64,000 bases of DNA, from the IMG/VR virus record IMGVR_UViG_3300035670_000106, positions 1 through 64,000 of that record. One strand, 5' to 3'. Source of the DNA: a virus. The notes beneath the pieces were generated by a model. That model did not search any database. It was not told the origin of the DNA and saw only the letters and a list, made by a program, of their open reading frames with translations. The first letter of the stretch is position 1, and the number at the start of each line of letters is the position of its first letter. Positions 24,710 through 36,100 of this stretch are shown piece after piece. The position numbers were made by a program, and so were the translations under genes.

Positions 24710-27700
24710 ATGGAATGGCATAATAAATATATAGGTATCCCTTACCAGGAAAAGGGAAGAACTGCTGAGGAAGGATTAGACTGCTGGGGATTGGTACGTC
24801 TAGTGTACGATAAAGAGTTTGATATTACCTTACCTAGCTATGTAGAAGCATACGAAGCGGAAGATATTGAGAAAACAGCTGAGTTAATATCTATTCATAA
24901 AGAGGGTTGGGAGCCGGTAGAACTGCCTCAAGCCGGTGATGTAGTTCTATTCTCTATATGTGGACAAGAGGGTCATGTAGGTATAGTAGTTAGGCCCGGC
25001 TTATTTCTGCATGTTATAGAGGGGCAAGCTTCAGTAATAGAATCATATACCAGTGCTAAATGGAAAAAACGAGTAGTAGGTACTTTTAGGTATAATGAGT
25101 TAAGTAAAACAAGAATGTCCGTTGTACCTAGTCCTTTGTCTAATATAAGAATCAATCTTAATGTACCAGAGGGGTCAGACCTATACACAGCTATATCTCT
25201 TATTAAACTACAGTTCCCAGAGTACAGAGATATTATAGAAAAATCAGGTACAGTAATACTAGTTAATAGTGTTGTAGTACCGGAAGATAAGTGGAAAGAT
25301 ATAGTATTAAAGTCAACTGATGTTGTGGAGTATAGAGCAGTTGCTGGCAAAAGCGGTATACTAAGAATTTTTGCAGTAATACTAATAGCTGTAGTTGCGT
25401 GGTATGCGGCACCTTATTTAGCTGGTGCAGGATCCTTTGGCAGTGCTGGTTGGGGGGTGGCAGCTACTTCTACCTTAACAGGACTGTCTGTTACCGCAAC
25501 AGCCAATATAATAGCCGCCGGCATAAATATGGTAGGGGGACTACTATTAAACGCTCTATTCCCTATTAGACCGCCACCACCTCCATTAGATCCCGGAGAT
25601 GCTGAAGAATACAAGATGGTTACAGGCCAGTCAAATAATCCTCAGAAGTATGGTAGTATACCTTTAGTACTGGGAAAAGTTAAATTTTCTCCGCCAGCAG
25701 CAGCTATACCGTATTATGAAAACAAAACTAATTATAACTATTTACACCAACTACTTTGTTGGGGATATGGGCCCTTGGAGATAACAGACTTAAAACTTGA
25801 CGAGAAACCCCTAGGTAGTTGGGGAGAGCTTGAATATGTCACGTATGATGGGATTAATGGTAGTTATGAAGACGTAGAAAAGTTATACCCTAGGGAAGTT
25901 GTTCAAAAAGTAGTTAATCAGGAGCCCTACTATAAGGACTTAAGAATAGGTAAATTTAATACTGATATTAATTACGCTAATTTTGGAATTAGTTGGAGTG
26001 GTAGCAGTATTACTGTAACTACAGATAAAAACCACGGATTGTATGTTGGTGACTATGTTAGTTTAAATAAGGTATACCTACCAACAAAAACACATAGAAG
26101 TGCTAAGTTTTTATCTGTAGCTTTAACAGCCTCAGGCATATCGTCAAAGTTAGCAGCTGAGGAACAGCCTGTAGATGCAGTTGTAGCTCTTGGCATTATT
26201 TCTGCAGTAAATTCTGATACCTCTTTTATTTTAGATATATCAGAGGATCAAGCAAACTTTTTAGGTACTTATGGGGCTTCTGGGTCCAACTCTACTTTAA
26301 TAAATCAGATTGTATCAACTAATAAAATAGAAACAGTTATAGATGAGCCCGTAGATAGTATAGTAATAGATATTTTATTCCCTCAAGGGTGTAGAAAGAT
26401 TATAACAGAAGGCAAGGCCGCGGGGAGTATTCGTGAAGCTAATCCTAGTCATATGATTCTATTTAAGAAACTAGATAGGGAAACTGGAGAGGAAATAGAC
26501 GATGAATGGTTATCTTCCCCATCCTCAATTTTAAACTATATTAATCTATCCTCTAATTCTTTAACATTATCAACTCCTACTAGTATAGTGAGTAAGTTTT
26601 CCATTAATCAATATGACGGATATAGCCCATTTAGTCTTAATCCTTGGGGGAGCGTATATTTAAGACCTTGGTATTATGATACTAGTAATATATTTAATTA
26701 TGCTGTAGTGTACTTAGAAGAAAATAGTACTACGTATAATGTAGTGTATTCTAGTGTTACAACAGATCCTTTAGGAGAAACTAAACCATTACAGTCGGAT
26801 AATGTTTTAGGTGCTTGGTACTACATTACTGATACCAGGGGAGACTATACGTATGTTACATACTATGGTGATAATAATGATAATAATTATGCTTATTACT
26901 ATAACAGAGAGGAGGTAGGGTATGCTAGAAACTTTAAGTCTCTAACACTTGCTAAAGCAGAGGCAGAGAACTTAGGGAAAATTGTAGCTATATACAAACT
27001 ACAAGGTAATAGTGTAATATCGGAAGTATATGATAACTTGTCAGAAAATTATGAAAGTCTAACTTCTGCTACTTATGTACAAAGTAGTGGTATAGTAACT
27101 TTAACTGTAAGTACTAACAAGCCTGTGTTAGAAGGTAGTATATTATATCTAGAATTTAATACATCAGATGCTAATAGGCCTGCTAACGGATACTATAGAG
27201 TAGATGAGATAACCAGCTACAGTACCTCTGAAGTAGTATGCAAGTTAAAATCTACAAACAATAATACCTCTTCCGGCTCAGTAGATTTAATAAAAGCCTT
27301 AAAGTTATCGCAAAGTATACTTACTGTAGTTGACTCATCTTATTCTCCTCTTCTAACAAAAATATCTGGTACTACAGTTACTTTTGATAAGGGATACAAG
27401 GTATACGCACCAAGATTTAGTAGTGAAAAAATAGGGGGTAGTACTTCAGGTTTTTATAGGTATAAGGACGCTTTCAATGTAACATATACGAGAGTAACTA
27501 GCAGACTTTTTAAGTATAAAGTACTAATATTTAGAACTTCTGAACCTACTCATGATTATACATCAACCTATAAGTATCAAAACCTCTCTAAAAGTATTAT
27601 TCAAACTATTACTGGCATAAAAAGTAATGATGCTATTTCTTATGAAAATATAAGAAATAGAGATAATGAAAAAGTGCCGCTAGCATTAACAAGTGTTAAA

Positions 27701-30700
27701 GTCCGTGCGACCTCTCAAATTAGTGGCAGTACTGGAGCCCTGACAGGAGTAGCCCATTCTATAGTACCTGACTACGTAGGTATAAATAATATTACACTAA
27801 CCTCTAATGGTACGACTTTATCTATAAAGTTTACTAATCCTATAATGTTATCTCAAGCTTATAAGTATAAGTATAGTAAGGGCTTCCAGTACTTATTATT
27901 TAAGAATTTGAGTGCCTCTAGTGGGTATGCAGTACTTAATAATACTCTACTAAAAATAAACAGTTTTAACTATAGTACAAATAGTATTGAACTGTTAAGT
28001 ACAGTAAACGCCCCAGACCATGTACTTAGTCAGCCAGAAAGCAACTTAATATTTACCTCATCTACAGAGTACGGAGAGCTTGATGTACCTCAAGCTAGTT
28101 TTGAAGTACTCAGCGATAATGAGAAATATTTAATATTAAAGGCAACAAATAGACTACCCCTTACTTCAGGAGTAACGTATATACTACAAGGAGGTGGGCT
28201 AGTATTTAATGGAGTACCTGCTAGTAACTATAAGTTTATTTACAGATATTCAAGTTTAATACGTCCTTATGCTAAATATAGCGGTATTGACCCATCTTTA
28301 TACAACTATGGGGCGTACTACGCTCATATGTTGGAGCCATTTAATTATACTTTTTTCACAGGGCTGACTAATCCTATATACCATGCTAGTATAAATACTA
28401 CAAGTAACCCTGCTAGATTATTAGGATTACCAACTACAAATTATACAGATATACTAGATACAGGAGCATTATGGGTATATAATACTACAAGTAACCCAGC
28501 TAGCTTATTTAGAGCAGTATTGCAACATAATGGAAATGCTAAGAAAATACCTACAAGTAGTATTGATCTTGATAACTTAGCTTATTGGCACACTTTCTGT
28601 GAAAAGAACGGATATACATATAACGCGCTTCATGGTGGTAGTGCAAATTCTGTAGATAGCGTACTGAGAGATATAGCTGCAGCAGGTAGAGCAAGCCCCA
28701 CACTAGTAAACGGTAAGTGGGGCGTAGTTATTGATGAGCCAAGAGACATAGTTGTACAACATTTTACTCCTTATAACTCTTGGGGCTTTGAGGCTACAAA
28801 AAGTATATCGAAGATACCTAATGCCTTCAGAGTTCCTTTCTATAATGAAGCTAAAGATTGGGCAGAAGACGAAGTTCTAGTGTATAATACAGGATATACA
28901 GAGGGAAGATCAGTATATGAATCAAGTATAAGTGCTAGAGTAGTATCTACTAGTAGTATTGGTACATTATCTGGTCAAAAAACTATAGATGGAGTTACTG
29001 TTAATACAAATGATATAGTACTAGTAGCAGGGCAGTCTAATAGCTTATCAAAAGGGCATCCAGAGAATGGCCTATGGGTAGTTAATACCTCAGGAAGCTG
29101 GACCAGGCATACCAGCTTTAGTACTGCCTTTACTTTTACAGCAAATCTTGTTATAAAAGTATTAGAAGGTACTGAATATTCAAGTACCAAATGGTTATCT
29201 GAAAAAACTCCTATAGCTTTAGGATATGATAATATATCTTTTGTACCTTATATCGGCCCTGCTACCTTATACGAGACAATAAATCTACCTGGTGTTACTA
29301 ACTATGCCCAAGTAAAAAATCTTGCGAAGTTCCACTTAGCACAGCTAAGACTAAGACCAGAAATATACACATTAAACGTAGATATGGAACATATAGTTTG
29401 TACTAGGGGGGATTTAGTAAAGGTAACTCACGATGTACCTCTATGGGGTACAGGGTCAGGTAGAATAACTTCCGTTTCTTATGACGGTACTAGTCTAACT
29501 ACTATAAGTATTAGTGACTATATACCTTTAAAAGCTAACACTACTTACAGAATTATTGTACGTAGTAGTGATACCATACTTCAACCCTCGGTAAATGACA
29601 GTACACAAGTATACACCTGTATAAATAAAGTGTCAGACGGATTCTATAATACTTTAAGTATTGCAGGAGATAAGACGCTAGATACAGTAGTTGGAGATCC
29701 TTTAGCTTTAATACTAAAAGAGGATAATCTTTTTGTGTTAGGAGAAGTGGGGCAGGAATCCGCTGAGTGCCTGGTACAAAGTATAGAGCCTTTAGATAAT
29801 CTTTCAGCAAAAATAACTTTAGTTGACTATTCTCCAGAAATATATGATCTTATAAACTCAGATGAGCCAATATTAGACTATGTATCTAATATTAGTGATC
29901 CGGTAATACTAAAACCTGCCACTGTCAGATTTAAACCTAATGTAGTAAATGTATTTTCCGATGAATCGGTAATGTCAGTAGTTAGTAAAGGTAGGTATAA
30001 GTACGGTATAAAATTAACTTTTAAAAATATTAGTACTAAAGAAAATATGAAGGACCTTAAGTTTATAGAATGCTCACTAAGACCTTCTACAAGTAAGAAT
30101 TCAAGAAGCGATAAGTGGTTATATAATAAGATTATTAAAATAGAAGATGCTACAGTTTTATTTGATGAGGATATTGATGAAAATGCCTGGTACGACTTTA
30201 GAGCAAGGTACATATCTGCTCTTGGAGTAACTGGTGAATGGACAGACGCTAGAAATTATGTGGGCAAAGATAGATTTAACTACTATTACAGCACCTATAA
30301 TACTGCAGTAGTTACTGAGTACTCTAATTACATTGATACAGACATAGTTAAGCTATTAAAACCTATGAAATTTCAAATTCAAGGTAGGATTAATCCTCCA
30401 AAAAATATAAGTGGAGCTCAAGCTTCTTACATAGATAGTAGAGTTAATATAGATTGGGCGGATAATGAAGAACCAGACCTAGGCAGGTATGAGGTACGAT
30501 TGGCAGACTCAAATTGGGGTGTGCTAGTTGATCCTAATAACTTAACAAAACGTCACCCAGACCTTGTATACAAGGGGCCTAATAGCGAATGTTTCTATCC
30601 TCTACCAAAACTAGATGTCGGAGTACAGAGTACTACTAATAATTTCTACTTAAAAGCCGTAGATACTGCGGGGCATTTTTCTACGGATCCAATACTGCTG

Positions 30701-33073
30701 TCAGTACCTTACCAAAGGCCGCCAGCCGTAGCTGGAATTGTAACAGATGTTAAGTCTACTACAATTCCTTTAGATGAGGGGAGTACGGTAGAAGTAAATG
30801 CAACGGTATCCTGGAGCCCCGTAGCTCCAGTAAATGGGATGATAATAGCAGGGTATGAAATAAGGACTGCTGCTACAGTACCTACTGAACCTCCTCCTCT
30901 GAGTTCTTTTGGAAGTTCAAGTACTATAGATGGTAGTGCTTTAATCTACAGAGGTAGTGTAACTACTACTACTATTCCAATTGACCCATCCATAACTAAT
31001 ACATACTATATTAGAGCGTATGACCTAAAAGGCAACTACTCTTGGACTAACTCTACTATTACAATTGATGCTAGACCAGCTTTAGCTGCGCCTTCAAGTG
31101 TTGCCGGAAAATTAATATTGAGTGCAGGCCAACTAGAGATAGATTGGACTACTACAATGCCAAGAAGGACAAAAGAATTTGAGGTAAGAACTACTAATTC
31201 TAATTGGTGGACAAGTAATACTAATTTAGTGTACCGCGGATCTAATTCTATCTGTAAAACATCAGAGCTACTTAGCCTTACTAGTACTCCTAAGACCTAC
31301 TATCTAAGAGCTAGAGACTCCTTTGGTATAGAGTCTGCAGTAACAACTTATACCCATGCTATGACAGATTTAGTGGCACCATCAGGTGTAATAGGTACCC
31401 CCGATAGTACTACAGGAGAATTGATAATAGACTGGACTACCACAATGCCTGGAAGAACCATCAACTATGAGGTTAGAACGGATCAGAATTGGGGAGTACA
31501 AAGTACTCACTTAATATATAATGGTAGTGCCTCTATTTGCAGAACTTCTAGGCTACTAAAGAATGGTAATCCTACAAAAACCTACTATTTAAGAGCAACA
31601 GACGTTTTCGGGCAAATTTCTAGCGTAACTACATTTAATTACTCCTATGCGTATCCAAGCGTTTTAGATGACGTAGTACATCACTTTAACGATAAATCAG
31701 ACACTCAAGACTCTATTACTGTAGATTGGCCAGAATCAGATCCACCATTTGGACTAAAAGACTATAAGATTAGTTACCCAGCAGAAGTATTAACACTTAC
31801 TAGTATTTCTAGAGATGCTAGCGGTACAATCTATGGTACTTTTGCCTCTACACCCATGAATCTAATCAAAGGTAAAGTAGTAACTATCTCAGGAGCAGCT
31901 AATTCTGCACTTAATGGAGATGCTACAATTATTTCTAGAAATATGACTACTAATACTTTTACTGCATATCAAGGAGGTGGAACTATATCAGTTTTAACAG
32001 GTACTAATGTAGGGCAAGTAGTCTATACTATAACTAAATTTATAGCTACAAGTAGTCACGAATTCCCCTTTAACTGGACAGCTACCAAAACTATTAGTGT
32101 ACAAGTACGCGATAATAACAATGAATTATCTCCTGTGTACAACCATGATATTCCATATATTAAGGTAGGGCAAGTTCCTCAACCTACTCTAACTATATTA
32201 TCTACTACAGGTAGAATATTTGATGGTACTTATACACATGCTAACACTTCTAATCAGATAGTAATATCTACCACTTCTGGCGAAGAGCATAAATTTAATG
32301 TTGGCAATATAGCTATTATAGATTTTCTTACAGGAAATGTATCTACTAATTCGGCATATGATGATAAGTACACCGTAGTATCGAAAACCTCTAGTACTTT
32401 AACTATTGAGTCTAGTAGTTTTACTGCATTAGGAGCGTCATCCGGGTCTGTAAAAGTCACAGCAGCTAATGCAACTCAGAATCTTATATTAGATTGGAAG
32501 AAGCCTACTAAAGGTAGTCTGCCTATTGCGGGTTATGAGGTTCGTACAGTTAATGCCAATTGGGGCACCATGGATGATACTGTAGCTTGGTATGGAAGAA
32601 ATAGCCAAGTAACTCTATCAGACATAAGGGCCGGAACTCCTATGACCTGGTATATTAAAGCATTTGATACAGATTTTGTGTATAGTGATACTGCCCGAGT
32701 TGTAACTCATGATATTGTTAAACCCAATAATATCACTAGTGCTACTATGAAGCGGGTAGGTAATAATCTAGTTATTACTATAAATGCGAATCAGCCTCCT
32801 GATTTTTCTGTGTACAGACTTATTATTGGTAAAACTAATGATGGTGTACCTGTATCAGGAGATTTCTGGGATGACGATCTAGCCGTAGCACAGTGCCTAA
32901 GTCTTGACTCAAAAACAAACATAGTTACAATATCTCTAAATAGATTCAGTAAGCAAAATACAGGAACAAGAATATACTCCACGTATAGATGTGGTATAAA
33001 AATAGTAGATAAAGGAGGTAATGAATCTCCATTGGCTAAATATTGTAGTTATACCTATAATCAGCCTTCATAA
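24710..33073 (+). CDS. Fused tail tip protein: NlpC/P60 (gpK-like) + gpI-like + gpJ-like + FN3 repeats
   Basis: 'GLDCWGLV...HVG..FLH'; gpJ-like 'IPLVLG', 'LCWGYGP', 'NPASLFRAVL', 'RGDLVKVTHD'; repeated 'IDWTTTMP' domains. Confidence 0.85.
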   Translation: MEWHNKYIGIPYQEKGRTAEEGLDCWGLVRLVYDKEFDITLPSYVEAYEAEDIEKTAELISIHKEGWEPVELPQAGDVVLFSICGQEGHVGIVVRPGLFLHVIEGQASVIESYTSAKWKKRVVGTFRYNELSKTRMSVVPSPLSNIRINLNVPEGSDLYTAISLIKLQFPEYRDIIEKSGTVILVNSVVVPEDKWKDIVLKSTDVVEYRAVAGKSGILRIFAVILIAVVAWYAAPYLAGAGSFGSAGWGVAATSTLTGLSVTATANIIAAGINMVGGLLLNALFPIRPPPPPLDPGDAEEYKMVTGQSNNPQKYGSIPLVLGKVKFSPPAAAIPYYENKTNYNYLHQLLCWGYGPLEITDLKLDEKPLGSWGELEYVTYDGINGSYEDVEKLYPREVVQKVVNQEPYYKDLRIGKFNTDINYANFGISWSGSSITVTTDKNHGLYVGDYVSLNKVYLPTKTHRSAKFLSVALTASGISSKLAAEEQPVDAVVALGIISAVNSDTSFILDISEDQANFLGTYGASGSNSTLINQIVSTNKIETVIDEPVDSIVIDILFPQGCRKIITEGKAAGSIREANPSHMILFKKLDRETGEEIDDEWLSSPSSILNYINLSSNSLTLSTPTSIVSKFSINQYDGYSPFSLNPWGSVYLRPWYYDTSNIFNYAVVYLEENSTTYNVVYSSVTTDPLGETKPLQSDNVLGAWYYITDTRGDYTYVTYYGDNNDNNYAYYYNREEVGYARNFKSLTLAKAEAENLGKIVAIYKLQGNSVISEVYDNLSENYESLTSATYVQSSGIVTLTVSTNKPVLEGSILYLEFNTSDANRPANGYYRVDEITSYSTSEVVCKLKSTNNNTSSGSVDLIKALKLSQSILTVVDSSYSPLLTKISGTTVTFDKGYKVYAPRFSSEKIGGSTSGFYRYKDAFNVTYTRVTSRLFKYKVLIFRTSEPTHDYTSTYKYQNLSKSIIQTITGIKSNDAISYENIRNRDNEKVPLALTSVKVRATSQISGSTGALTGVAHSIVPDYVGINNITLTSNGTTLSIKFTNPIMLSQAYKYKYSKGFQYLLFKNLSASSGYAVLNNTLLKINSFNYSTNSIELLSTVNAPDHVLSQPESNLIFTSSTEYGELDVPQASFEVLSDNEKYLILKATNRLPLTSGVTYILQGGGLVFNGVPASNYKFIYRYSSLIRPYAKYSGIDPSLYNYGAYYAHMLEPFNYTFFTGLTNPIYHASINTTSNPARLLGLPTTNYTDILDTGALWVYNTTSNPASLFRAVLQHNGNAKKIPTSSIDLDNLAYWHTFCEKNGYTYNALHGGSANSVDSVLRDIAAAGRASPTLVNGKWGVVIDEPRDIVVQHFTPYNSWGFEATKSISKIPNAFRVPFYNEAKDWAEDEVLVYNTGYTEGRSVYESSISARVVSTSSIGTLSGQKTIDGVTVNTNDIVLVAGQSNSLSKGHPENGLWVVNTSGSWTRHTSFSTAFTFTANLVIKVLEGTEYSSTKWLSEKTPIALGYDNISFVPYIGPATLYETINLPGVTNYAQVKNLAKFHLAQLRLRPEIYTLNVDMEHIVCTRGDLVKVTHDVPLWGTGSGRITSVSYDGTSLTTISISDYIPLKANTTYRIIVRSSDTILQPSVNDSTQVYTCINKVSDGFYNTLSIAGDKTLDTVVGDPLALILKEDNLFVLGEVGQESAECLVQSIEPLDNLSAKITLVDYSPEIYDLINSDEPILDYVSNISDPVILKPATVRFKPNVVNVFSDESVMSVVSKGRYKYGIKLTFKNISTKENMKDLKFIECSLRPSTSKNSRSDKWLYNKIIKIEDATVLFDEDIDENAWYDFRARYISALGVTGEWTDARNYVGKDRFNYYYSTYNTAVVTEYSNYIDTDIVKLLKPMKFQIQGRINPPKNISGAQASYIDSRVNIDWADNEEPDLGRYEVRLADSNWGVLVDPNNLTKRHPDLVYKGPNSECFYPLPKLDVGVQSTTNNFYLKAVDTAGHFSTDPILLSVPYQRPPAVAGIVTDVKSTTIPLDEGSTVEVNATVSWSPVAPVNGMIIAGYEIRTAATVPTEPPPLSSFGSSSTIDGSALIYRGSVTTTTIPIDPSITNTYYIRAYDLKGNYSWTNSTITIDARPALAAPSSVAGKLILSAGQLEIDWTTTMPRRTKEFEVRTTNSNWWTSNTNLVYRGSNSICKTSELLSLTSTPKTYYLRARDSFGIESAVTTYTHAMTDLVAPSGVIGTPDSTTGELIIDWTTTMPGRTINYEVRTDQNWGVQSTHLIYNGSASICRTSRLLKNGNPTKTYYLRATDVFGQISSVTTFNYSYAYPSVLDDVVHHFNDKSDTQDSITVDWPESDPPFGLKDYKISYPAEVLTLTSISRDASGTIYGTFASTPMNLIKGKVVTISGAANSALNGDATIISRNMTTNTFTAYQGGGTISVLTGTNVGQVVYTITKFIATSSHEFPFNWTATKTISVQVRDNNNELSPVYNHDIPYIKVGQVPQPTLTILSTTGRIFDGTYTHANTSNQIVISTTSGEEHKFNVGNIAIIDFLTGNVSTNSAYDDKYTVVSKTSSTLTIESSSFTALGASSGSVKVTAANATQNLILDWKKPTKGSLPIAGYEVRTVNANWGTMDDTVAWYGRNSQVTLSDIRAGTPMTWYIKAFDTDFVYSDTARVVTHDIVKPNNITSATMKRVGNNLVITINANQPPDFSVYRLIIGKTNDGVPVSGDFWDDDLAVAQCLSLDSKTNIVTISLNRFSKQNTGTRIYSTYRCGIKIVDKGGNESPLAKYCSYTYNQPS

Positions 33074-33082
33074 TATTAACAC

Positions 33083-33111
33083 ACCAGGATGCCTTAGCAT
33101 CCTGGTATTTT
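33083..33111 (+). terminator. Intrinsic terminator
   Basis: ACCAGGATGC/GCATCCTGGT followed by T-tract. Confidence 0.75.
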
Positions 33112-33124
33112 ATAGAGAGAAAAT

Positions 33125-36100
33125 ATGGCAGCAACACTATCAACACTTCCAGGAGGTTTTAGAATTGTAGTAGCTATACCTCAAGAGTCTGGAGAAGCTC
33201 GTGATGATATTTATGGTATAAAGGTATGGTTTGGTACTAATAATACTTTTGATCCTCTTAGTACAGATACACCAGGTCCAACCACTACTGGTATTTTAGG
33301 ATATGACGGCACAGATTTTTATTCTGATATATATACTGGTAGCACATATATTGGTACCCCACTGTATGTAAAGTATGTCTTCATAAATAGAGCTGACTAT
33401 GCTTATGAGTCTTCAGATATAATTTTAGCAAGTGGAACAGTAACTCCAGAGCCTTCTAATTTAACAGGGTCCTTAACTACTCCAGCCAGTTTAGTACAAA
33501 CAGATTCTTCTGGTAATGGGGGTGTATATACTAATTCTGGCGGTATTTTCAAGGTGTTTGAAGGTACTGTAGACAAGACAGGAAACGGCCCAGTTTACAG
33601 CGTTCAAAGTACTAGTACTGGATTAACTGTAAGTATAGGTACGGTAACAGGTGCCTATACAATTACAGGTCTTAGTGTAGATAGTGGAGTAGCTACACTT
33701 CGAGCTGCCTATAGAGGTATTAATATAGATCTTAATTACTCTATAGCCAAAGCTAAAACTGGTATTCAGGGAGCTAGCGGGGCTGGTGGTATTACTGTAA
33801 TTCTAAGTAATGAAAGCCACTCCGTACCTTCTGCTAGTGATGGGAGTTCTCCTGTTTTAACAGGCTCTGGCACTACAGTTAAAGTATTTGAGGGAGGCAC
33901 AGAATTAACTTATGTTGGTACCGCCTTTGGTACAGCAAGTACTTCTGGTACCTGGAACTTCAATACAATCGTAGGTACTAATGTAACAGTAGGTTCTATA
34001 ACTGATAGTGGTACTCACTGTACTATAGGAGATATTACGGGCTTTACGCAGGATACAGGGTACATAACTTATACTATTAATGGTAAACTAGCAAATGGTG
34101 TAGCTTTCTCAAATGTGCAGAAAATACAGTCTTTTAGCAAGTCTAAGACCGGAAGCATAGGGCCTCAAGGGTCTTTAGGACCTACAGTTTCCCTATCTTA
34201 CAGTAGGGATCCAGTATTTGCATACACTGATAATACTGCTACAGGCGACACAAGTAATGTTATCTTAACTGCTACTTGTAATGCTATGTCCGGTCAGACT
34301 TACTTATGGTACAAAGATGGCGTTTCTACAGGTACAGCTACTTCAACCTACACTGTAACTTCAGCGGTTTTCTCTACAAGTGTACGTAGCGCTGTTTATA
34401 AATGTGTAGTCACTTATAATGCTCAAACATATACAGATAGTGTAACAGTTTTTAGGTCAGATAGGTCTACAGCTGAAGCTAATGCTACAGTAGGAGCTAC
34501 CTGGGGTACTAATATTACCAGCCAGCCAGCTAATAGTGAGTTATATAATAGTCAAATAAACGTAGATTCTGGAGTAATTACTTTCTACTATAATACTGCG
34601 CAAGGTTCAGCCCCTACTACACCAGTAATAGGTGCAGGAGCGTACAATTTTAGTACAAAAACTATTACAGCACCTGCTAGTTGGAGTATAACACCACCAA
34701 CAACTGGTACAGGAAAAGTATGGACTACTACTACTATTTTTAAAGGAACAGGACATACTGCTACTGCAGATGATGGTACTAACACATTTACAACTCCTTT
34801 ATCTGCTTATGATCTTAATGCTACCCTAGGTGCGCCAAGTGGAACCTACGTAGGTTCCACTTTGGCGCAAGATGTAGAAACTTACTCGTCTACAGCGTAT
34901 TCAGGAACTACTAATTATAGAACAACCGGATCTCCTACTAACTCAGTAACTTTATCTGGTAGTACTGCAATAACAGCTACTGCAGATGGTAATGCTCTAC
35001 TAAGTATTGATTATACGTATTCTCAAGGAGCTAAGACCGCTGATGGTTTATGGATTTATTATTCTTCAGATTCTTCAGTTACAGTAGCAGATCCAGTTTT
35101 AACAGTAAACCCTACTAGCGGCACAGTAAGAGTAGGAGTACTTCCGGGCCAAAGCTATTATGTAGGTGCTCAAGCATTTAGACGTACCGAAAATGGTAAT
35201 GAAGCTACTGCTATGGTTACTGCAGGCCCTATAGCCTCTGTATCTAGTAACTATACTGGCAGTTTAAATGGTACTGTAGCTAGTACTGTAGTTACTAATG
35301 CTTCTAATGGTGCTACAGCTTACTCAGGAACTACTAATTATAGAACTGCAGGTACAGCTACTAACCAGCCTGCTATAACAGGTGTTACCACAAATGCTAC
35401 AGCAGATGGTAATGTTATAGCTAATATTGCATATACATATACTCAAGGAACACTACCAGCAGACAGTATTGATATATACTGGGCAGAAGGAACTGCATCC
35501 CCTACTACTACTAGCCCTAGTATTAGTGTTTCTCCAGTATCTGGTAATCTATCTATACCAGTTAAGCCGTCTACTAATTATAGGTTTGGAGCTAGAACTA
35601 ATAGAGTACTAGATTCAGGTATTACTTCTAGCAGCATTACGGTATACACTACTACTGTAACAGCAGCTGCTAGTAACTATACTGGCAGTTTAAATGGTAA
35701 TTTAATTAGCGCACACTTAAACAGTAATATTACAGTTGATACTAACGGAATCCTACAAGGTATTGGAACACCTGGTATATCAGTTAATAACACAAAAGCT
35801 TGGTCTTCAATTGATACAGGTGTACTAACCAATGATAAATCTTTATATGTGGGAAGTACTACTACAGGTGTTTTAATTAGTTCTACTACTAATAAACCAC
35901 GAGTAACAGTCTTAGAAAGTAGTACAGTACGTGCTAATTACGGGCAGCTTGATGCAATAACAGTAGGTGGTGGTACAATACCTGCAGGTTATGGACTATC
36001 AGCATATGACCCTAGTGGTAATTTAGTATTCGATACCAGGCTAAGTGTAGGAATTAGGGGTAATATTAGCACTAATAATTTTGCTTTTGGTACTTCAGAT

